64,000 bases of DNA from Macrostomum lignano (Eukaryota), in NCBI GenBank assembly GCA_002269645.1, contig NIVC01000514.1:124001-188000 (forward strand). The letters are read 5' to 3'. The translations under genes and the position numbers were made by a program. The notes under the pieces are model-generated. The model was not told the DNA's origin. It was given only the letters and a program-made list of their open reading frames with translations, and searched no databases. Shown in pieces: positions 56,200 through 64,000 of the stretch. Position 1 is the stretch's first letter; each line of letters begins with the position of its first letter.

Positions 56200-58294
56200 T
56201 TGTTAGGCACAGGAATTTTTATTGTTGGTTTAATCGCTACCCGGCCCTCAGCCCGTAAGCTGGCCTCGCCTGCCGCATCAGCGCCAGCAGCGGCGGCTGC
56301 GGCTGCCGCTGTTTTCCGCGGCCTCCGCGACTCTCGCTGGCGCTTTGTTCGGCGAGTCAGCGGCCGGCCGCAGTCGGTGGAGACCGAAGGCGAGGCCGCC
56401 TTTCAGAGCTTCGAAGCTTCCGCCAGTCGGTGGAGCTGCCTGACCTATCGGGAGTCCGGGCGGATGCGGTCGCTGACTGCTGGGGATGCCGCTGCTGACT
56501 GGCTGCCCGTGAGCGCCAGGTGGGTGAGGGCTGATGATCCAAGTTTATTCTCTTAGGTTCTCTTAGGTCAGGTAGTCATCTTGTGTGTCCCTGAGTCATC
56601 TCTTAGGTCAGGTAGTCATCTTGTGTGTCCCTGAGTCATCTCTTAGGTCAGGTAGTCATCTTGTGTGTCCCTGAGTGATCTCTTAGGTCAGGTAGTCATC
56701 TTGTTTATCCCTGAGTCATCTCTTAGGTCAGGTAGTCATCTTGTGTGTCCCTGAGTGATCTCTTAGGTCAGGTAGTCATGTTAGTCATGTTGTTTGTTCC
56801 TGAGTCATCTCTTAGGTCAGTGAGTCATCTTGTGGTCACTTAGTCATCACATGGTGCGGCTCAGTCAGCAGTGAGGTCAGGCTTAGTCAACAGTGAGGTC
56901 AGGTGAGGCTCAGTCAGCGGTGAGGTCAGCAGGTGAGGCTCAGTCAGCGGTGAGGTCAGGAGGTGAGGCTCAGTCAGCGGTGAGGTCAGGAGGTGAGGCT
57001 CAGTCAGCGGTGAGGTCAGGAGGTGAGGCTCAGTCAGCAGCTCAGTCAGCGGTGAGGTCAGGAGGTAAGGCTCAGTCAGCGGTGAGGTCAGCAGGTGAGG
57101 CTCAGTCAGCGGTGAGGTCAGGAGATGAGGTGAGGTCAGCGGTGAGGTCAGGAGGTGAGGTCAGCAGGTGAGGCTCAGTCAGCGGTGAGGTCAGGAGGTG
57201 AGGTCAGCAGGTGAGGCTCAGTCAGCGGTGACGTCAGGAGGTGAGGCTCAGTCAGCAGTGAGGTCAGGCTTAGTCAGCAGTGAGGTCAGGCTCAGTCAGC
57301 AGTGAGGTCAGGAGGTGAGGCTCAGTCAGCAGTGAGGTCAGGAGGTGAGGTCAGGAGGTGAGGCTCAGTCAGCGGTGAGGTCAGGAGGTGAGGCTCAGTC
57401 AGCGGTGAGGTCAGGAGATGAGGCTCAGTCAGCGGTGAGGTCAGCAGGTGAGGCTCAGTCAGCGGTGAGGTCAGGTGAGGCTCAGTCAGCGGTGAGGTCA
57501 GCAGGTGAGGCTCAGTCAGCGGTAAGGTCAGGAGGTGAGGCTCAGTCAGAAGTCAGCGGTGAGGTCAGGAGGTGAGGCTCAGTCAGCAGTGAGGTCAGGA
57601 GGTGAGGCTCAGTCAGCAGTGAGGTCAGGAGGTGAGGCTCAGTCAGCAGTGAGGTCAGGAGATGAGGCTCAGTCAGCAGTGAGGTCAGGAGGTGAGGCTC
57701 AGTCAGCAGTGAGGTCAGGAGATGAGGCTCAGTCAGCAGTGAGGTCAGGAGGTGAGGCTCAGTCAGCAGTGAGGTCAGGAGGTGAGGCTCAGTCAGGTCA
57801 GCGGTGAGGTCAGGAGGTGAGGCTCAGTCAGCGGTGAGGTCAGGAGGTGAGGCTCAGTCAGGTCAGCGGTGAGGTCAGGAGGTGAGGCTCAGTCAGCGGT
57901 GAGGTCAGGAGGTGAGGCTCAGTCAGCGGTGAGGTCAGGAGGTGAGGCTCAGTCAGCGCTCTGTCCCTGCAGCTACCGCTACGTGCTGGACGGCGGCGCA
58001 GGCGGCGGCCTGTCGGTGCATTTTGCCGACCCGGACTCGAGCGACGCGGACCCGCCGGACACCTGGCGGCTTTTCCACCGGGTGGAGTTCAGCGATGAGG
58101 CGGCGGCGGCGGCAGCTGCTGGCAGTCCGGTCGAGCTGACTGCCGGCGGGCGGCACCTGTGCTCGGCGGATCTCTACCTGGCCGACTACCGCTTCCGTTT
58201 CCATGGTGACCGGCTGACCGAATTTTTCATAGCCTATACAGTCTGAGGCCCGGCCAAGGACTACGTATCCAGCACGAAGTTCCAGCCGGCCTGA
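56200..58294 (+). CDS. DUF6314-like protein, two exons, in-frame TGA at 58244; start codon not located
   Basis: Exon 1 ends 56519 (phase 2), exon 2 starts 57973. Spliced product ..RWRFVRRV..GEAAF..LTYRESG..SYRYVL..LSVHF..LFHRV..HLCSADLYLADYRF..YTV*GPAKDYVSST matches the HxCxxDxY / VxGPxKDY pattern I recall for DUF6314; not HMM-verified. Confidence 0.65.
56560..56810. repeat. About 41-bp intronic tandem repeat (tcttaggtcaggtagtcatcttgtgtgtccctgagtcatc)
   Basis: Visible units. Confidence 0.9.
56860..57955. repeat. Intronic repeat, about 30 bp (ggtgaggtcaggaggtgaggctcagtcagc)
   Basis: Visible units; source of the SAVRSGGEAQ ORFs. Confidence 0.95.
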
Positions 58295-58664
58295 GTGCAC
58301 TTTTGTTGTGACACCTAAAGTACATGTAGCCCTTTTAGCCCCACTGTGACAGACACACCTTTCAATGTGACTATCGCTTCTGTCTCTACAACCTAATTTC
58401 CTATGCAACCAACATAACAAAAATAGCCTGCGTACGTGTCCATAGACATGTGCGTTCACCGCATGTGTCACCTGGTAACAGCTGCTGCTGTGCCTGTACA
58501 TGTGCATGTACTTTTTATCTCATCCCTGTTGCTATGCTTTGGTCCATCGACATACTGCAACATTTCATTGAAAACACTGGGAGCAGCTGATGATGGAGTT
58601 GTGAATGTAGGAAAGTGGTGAAGCTTCATGGGGTGGTGGCGATGGCGGAGCTGTGGATGTCGAG

Positions 58665-59055
58665 AAATGTTGGAGCTCATGGGGTGGTAGCGGAGCCTCT
58701 GGATGTCGAGAAGTGGTGAAGCTCATGGGGTGGTAGCGGAGCCTCTGGATGTCGAGAAGTGGTGAAGCTCATGGGGTGGTAGCGGAGCCTCTGGATGTCG
58801 AGAAGTGGTGAAGCTCATGGGGTGGTAGCGGAGCCTCTGGATGTCGAGAAGTGGTGAAGCTCATGGGGTGGTAGCGGAGCCTCTGGATGTCGAGAAGTGG
58901 TGAAGCTCATGGGGTGGTAGCGGAGCCTCTGGATGTCGAGAAGTGGTGAAGCTCATGGGGTGGTAGCGGAGCCTCTGGATGTCGAGAAGTGGTGAAGCTC
59001 ATGGGGTGGTAGCGGAGCCTCTGGATGTCGAGAAGTGGTGGAGCTCATGGGGTGG
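58665..59055. repeat. 46-bp tandem repeat (gtcgagaagtggtgaagctcatggggtggtagcggagcctctggat)
   Basis: Visible units. Confidence 0.95.
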
Positions 59056-59060
59056 TGGCG

Positions 59061-59455
59061 CCAGTGTGTCAGATAGGGTCCAGTGTGTCAGCTAGGGTCC
59101 AGTGTGTCAGATAGGGTCCAGTGTGTCAGATAGGGTCCAGTGTGTCAGATAGGGTCCAGTGTGTCAGATAGGGTCCAGTGTGTCAGATAGGGTCCAATGT
59201 GTCAGAAAGGGTCCAGTGTGTCAGATAGGGTCCAGTGTGTCAGATAGGGTCCAGTGTGTCAGATAGGGTCCAATGTGTCAGAAAGGGTCCAGTGTGTCAG
59301 ATAGGGTCCAGTGTGTCAGATAGGGTCCAGTGTGTCAGAAAGGGTCCAGTGTGTCAGATAGGGTCCAGTGTGTCAGATAGGGTCCAGTGTGTCAGATAGG
59401 GTCCAGTGTGTCAGATAGGGTCCAGTGTGTCAGATAGAGTCCAGTGTGTCAGATA
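59061..59455. repeat. 19-bp tandem repeat (ccagtgtgtcagatagggt)
   Basis: Visible units. Confidence 0.95.
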
Positions 59456-60360
59456 GGGAGATGTGACAAGAAACCACAGCACACAGCAGAGGGTCCATGA
59501 ACATCCCTCTGTCTAAAACAAGCTCACATCTTTGAGTCGAGCCGGAAGTCGCAGGTGGATTCGATGCTGAATTGCAGAGCTCAGGCCGTCAGTGAATGTT
59601 TGCTGCAGGCGGTCGGCATGGGAGGCAGTGGAGGCGGCCGGTGCGGTTCCTTCATATTGTGCCGGAGCCACGGCCGAGTGGCCGGGTGGGATGGGGATAC
59701 CAAATTAATGAGCAAGCCATGAATTCAGTTTTCAATGCAGAAATTACAGGTGGCTGGGGCTGATTCTTGAGATCTGCAGAAGCCGGTGCGAGACAGGCTG
59801 TGATTGGCAGATTGGACTGATCAGTGGGCGGAAGGTCCTGAAATCGAGCGCTTTTGTCTGCGCCAGCCCAGCGGAGAGAGAATGAAAGAGCGCTGGCGGG
59901 CAGCGGGTGGTGGGGCTGCTGCGCCATGGCTTCAGAGTGCGCGGGGGTCCGCCGCGTACGGGGCTACCAGTAAACCTCCCCGCGCACACGGCAGGCTGGG
60001 GCTGTAGATAATGGGGTGGTGGGGAGGGGGTTGTCGCGTGAAACAGCGAGCGCTGCCAGCAAGTACAGTCGGCGGCTGTTGTGTCCCCCCAGGGCGCATT
60101 CAATTCTGCCTCGCAATTTCACAAGAGCGATTGTACTTGCGATCGTTGTGGCGGCCGGAGCAGTGGAAGGAGAGACAAGCCGGCCCCAAATGCTATTTAG
60201 CGAACTTCTTCCATTCTCTCCGCCTGTCGCTTGCAGTTTTGAGGTTGGCAGAAGAAGAAGAGCGCTCGGTTCTGCTTGCCGCTAATTCCTTCCGGAAGAG
60301 AATTGAATTGTAGCAACTGGTCTCTGCCAGGCAAATTAATGACCTGCACCGGCCAGGAGC

Positions 60361-61618
60361 ATGTCACTGCCGCCACGGAATGCGGTGAGTTCATGGCCGA
60401 TGACCCAGTGTCTGCATGACCCAATGTCTGCATGACCCAATGTCTGCATGACCCAATATCTGCATGACCCAATGTCTGCATGACCCAATGTCTGCATGAC
60501 CCAATGTCTGCATGACCCAATGTCTGCATGACCCAATGTCTGCATGACCCAATGTCTGCATGACCCAATGTCTGCATGACCCAATGTCTGCATGACCCAA
60601 TGTCTGCATGACCCAATGTCTGCATGACCCAATGTCTGCATGACCCAATGTCTGCATGACCCAATGTCTGCATGACTCAATGTCTGCATGACCCAATGTC
60701 TGCATGACCCAATGTCTGCATGACCCAATGTCTGCATGACCCAATGTCTGCATGACCCTATATCTACATGACCCAATGTCTGCATGACCCAATATCTGCA
60801 TGACCCAATGTCTGCATGACCCAATATCTGCATGACCCAATGTCTGCATGACCCAATGTCTGCATGACTCAATGTCTGCATGACCCAATGTCTGCATGAC
60901 CCAATGTCTGCATGACCCAATGTCTGCATGACCCAATGTCTGCATGACCCCATGTCTGCATCACCCAATGTCTGCATGACCCCATGTCTGCATGACCCAA
61001 TGTCTGCATGACTTAATGTCTGCATGACCCAATGTCTGCATCACCCAATGTCTGCATGACTTAATGTCTGCATCACCCAATGTCTGCATCACCCAATGTC
61101 TGCATCACCCAATGTCTGCATCACCCAATGTCTGCATCACCCAATGTCTGCATCACCCAATGTCTGCATGACCCAATGTCTGCATGACAATGTCGAATGT
61201 CAGCCAGTACTCCCATGAATCACCCACTCAACCTCCCATGACGAAATTGCTTTCAGGTGCCAGGAGGCGCACCGCAGCCTCACCTGGATGAAGATGAGGA
61301 AGATGAAGAGGAGCCCGACATCGGGATGGGATCTTTCATGTCGGGAGATCCCAACTTTAATCGCGAAACCTCGGACTCACAGAGCATGACCAAGGCGCTC
61401 AGCGTGAGTCCCTTCATTCAAGAGAGAATTTGTGGAAGCGGTAAGGCAGTGTGGTGTGGCAGCCCAATACCAGTGAATCCCCGCCTTCTCTGCAGACTCT
61501 GAAGACCTACCTGTCCCAGTACTCGGAGATGAAGCGGTTCCGGCCGGCCATGCTGGTGTTCTTGCACAGCCTCCTGGCCAGGAAGGAGGCAAAGTGGTAC
61601 AAGGCGCTCAACTTTGTG
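60361..61618 (+). CDS. 5' coding exons of an unidentified gene (continues past the Gypsy insertion)
   Basis: Exons 60361-60384, 61257-61403, 61496-61618, all phase 0 GT-AG, giving MSLPPRNAVPGGAPQPHLDEDEEDEEEPDIG...TLKTYLSQYSEMKRFRPAMLVFLHSLLARKEAKWYKALNFV; exon-like GC/codon usage. Confidence 0.55.
60405..61190. repeat. 16-bp intronic tandem repeat (atgacccaatgtctgc)
   Basis: Visible units; source of the MQTLGHADIG ORFs. Confidence 0.97.
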
Positions 61619-61674
61619 GTGAGTCCGAGCTGCAAGGCCGGGCGGGCTTCTGGAACAGCCAGTTTGTTTACCTG

Positions 61675-61939
61675 TGTCGTGCCGTGAATTTGGCATAAAG
61701 AAACTCAAGGTTTATTTTAACTAGCAAGTAGCTTATTAAATAATGACACGAGCAAGGGCCGAGAGAACACCGAAATAAAGTCACGTGATGATAAATAACT
61801 ACGTACAAGTACATGGCGGCTTAGGGGATGGCCAGTCAGAGCGAAGGGAGAGGAAAGAATGGTGTGCACGTACGATGCACGTACATAGCATAAGCTAGTT
61901 AGTTAGCCAGTGCCTAGAGCTCAGCGCTCCGGCACCACA
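61675..61939 (-). mobile_element. 3' LTR (265 bp) of the Gypsy element
   Basis: TG...CA termini next to the PPT; homologous to the solo LTR at 39044-39312. Confidence 0.9.
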
Positions 61940-64000
61940 TCCCGTCATCACCAACGAGCTGTCAAGCGGTCAGGAGGAACGCCCTTGTTGCCGCGCTGGC
62001 TCCTCCTGAGCCCCGTATCAGCCGTATCGAGCTCACCGGCTTGAGGATGCTCAACAGTCGCTGACTCTCCCGAATCGTTGGTCGGCGCCTCCGATACGTT
62101 GAGCTCCGGACGGCCTCCTTCGGCCTCCGACCCGGCCGCGGCCAGCAGTGGGCGAAGCTGGTCCCTGTGCGCCAGGACGGGCCGGTCCGACTCGGTCCGG
62201 GTGACGATCGCCGTGTTGTGCCCGGCCTGCACGACGAACTCAGCAAGCTCGGGCTGTGCGCTTTGGCGAGCTTGGTAAACGACCGGGGCGTCCGTCTCGA
62301 AGGTCAGCGTCAACGGGCTTCTCAGCTGCCGACCCATCAGCGCTGAGGGGCTGCCTCGGCCGTCACTACGTGGAGTCGCTCGGTAGTTCAGCAGGAGCTT
62401 GGCCAGGTATGCGTCAAATGGTCCTTGATGAGCTGCAAACGCCTTGAGTCCTCGCTTGACAGTCTGCACCATCCGCTCGGCGCAGCCATTGGACTGCGGG
62501 TGGTACGGCGGCGTGAAGAGCTGATTGCAGCCGATCCGCTCCAGCCAGCCTTGAAGCTCCTGATCGTGGAACTCTGGTGCGTTGTCAGACACCAGAGTGT
62601 GCGGCACGCCTTGCCTCGCGAAGATGGCCCGTAGAACTCGAATCACCGTCCTCGCGCTCTTGTCTGCCACGTGCACGGCTTCCGGCCAGCCAGAGAAAGC
62701 ATCAACCAGCACCAGAATCAGGCCGACTCCCGACACGTGAGCATGGTCCATGTGCACCCGCTTCCAAGGCGTCTCCTCGGTAGGTCACGTGTGCACCGTG
62801 CGATTGGGCAGTGGTCGGATCCTCATACATGTCGCGCACTGCTTCACAAACCGCTCAACATCATTGCAGTGCCCCGGCCACCATGCTTCGCGTTTGAGTC
62901 GATTTCGCGTCGCCAGCGCTCCGCTGTGGGTCACTCCGTGAGCCGCTTGCAGCATTTTACTACGGACCGCGGCAGGCGGGACCAGCAGGTCTCCGCAGCA
63001 TACGACGCCGTCTTCGATCGTCAACTGATAACGGACAGCCTTGAACGGACGCTCTGCAGCCGAGCAGTTGGACCAGACATTCTTCTGGATCCGGCGCTTG
63101 ATGCTCTTGAGCACTGGGTCGATGTCTGTTCCCTGGCGGATTTCCTCAAGCCTCAACAGGTCAGTCTCGGTCCAGTGGATGAAGCCACCATCGCCACTAG
63201 AATCGCCGTCATCGTTGCTCTCGAATGGCATCCGGGACATGGCATCCACGTGAGGGATGCTGTTGCCCTTGACGTAGGCGATGTCGAAGTCGAACGCGGC
63301 AAGCTGAATGGCCCACCGCATGATCCGCGCCGAAGTCACCTTGGGAAGCTCCCGACTGGGTCCGAAGATGAATTCCAGTGGCTGGTGGTCGCACTGAAGC
63401 AGGAATTTCTTGCCCAATAGAAAGTGCTTTGCTCGCTGAGTTGCCCAGACGACCGCCAGAGCCTCCCGCTCGATGTTGGAATAGTTGCGCTCGGCGGGTG
63501 AGAGGCGCCTTGACAGGTACAGCACCGGGTGGCCGTCTTGGCTGAGGATTCCCGATACTGCGGACTCGCTGGCATCTGTCGTCAGGGTGGTCAGCTTCCT
63601 GGGATCGAATATGCGGATAACCGGGTACACCGCCAAGGCTCGCTTGAGGTCTTCGAAAGCTTTTTGCTGCTCCAGGCCCCACACAAAGCTGGACTTCTGA
63701 CTCCTCAAAGCAGTCAAGGGCTCAATCTTCTCCGAGTAGGCCTGGATGTAGCGCGCATAATAGTTGGTGAGCCCCAGAAACGACTCCAGCTCCTTCCTCG
63801 TCGTGGGCGGCTTGACCTTCTGGATCTTCTCCACCAGCTTCTTGTCTGGCCGAACTCCATCCGCTGAGATGCGATACCCCAGGAAGCAGATCTCGGTGCT
63901 TCGAAAGACGCACTTCTCATGGTTAATCTCCATGCCAGCCTCTTTGAGGGTGCTCAGCAAGTGCTTCACTTTGGCATCCAGCTCACCTTCTGTCGGAGCG
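61675..64000 (-). mobile_element. Ty3/Gypsy LTR retrotransposon, 3' part (RT end, RNaseH, integrase, PPT, 3' LTR), runs off the window
   Basis: ORFs 62785..63969 and 61948..62757 are in the same frame, separated by one TGA (62785-62787, expected Trp). TDAS, IEREALA, HSG..CATC, VHMDHA, SDNAPEF, PQSNG; PPT ggtgatgacggga abuts the LTR. Confidence 0.93.

Noticed and set aside
58295-58700. SECIS element that would make TGA 58244 selenocysteine
   Set aside because: No ATGA..AA..GA kink-turn arrangement seen by eye, and the motif position is not one where I would expect Cys
60197-61025. MQTLGHADIGSCRHWV repeat ORFs
   Set aside because: 16-bp tandem repeat

Overview
Eukaryotic (animal) genomic DNA. 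GC-rich exons, minisatellite-filled introns and the repeat landscape resemble a Macrostomum-type flatworm genome (inference). Genes from left to right: an intronless GT13 (GnT-I/MGAT1-like) glycosyltransferase; an intronless DEG/ENaC channel (minus) head-to-head with a 16-exon kainate-type ionotropic glutamate receptor (iGluR-A, about 989 aa); a tandem 8-exon paralogue (iGluR-B, about 496 aa); a Crk-like SH2-SH3-SH3 adaptor; a two-exon DUF6314-like gene with an in-frame TGA inside its conserved C-terminal motif; and the 5' exons of an unidentified gene interrupted by a Ty3/Gypsy element. The most striking object is iGluR-B. Its signal peptide is fused directly to the ligand-binding domain (no amino-terminal domain), its SYTANLAAF gate reads CYTAGLATR (a natural Lurcher-position Thr), and its Q/R site is Ile. 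Its M1 exon was hit by an RTE-like LINE whose 73-bp target duplication rebuilt the splice acceptor and exon. That LINE carries two nested solo LTRs, one with a MEF2/CRE/AP-1 cluster. The window also holds a degenerate Gypsy copy, several MITE/foldback elements and dozens of tandem repeats, which generate most of the long ORFs in the supplied track. Exon models were hand-spliced, protein assignments come from motif recognition, and no database searches were run.
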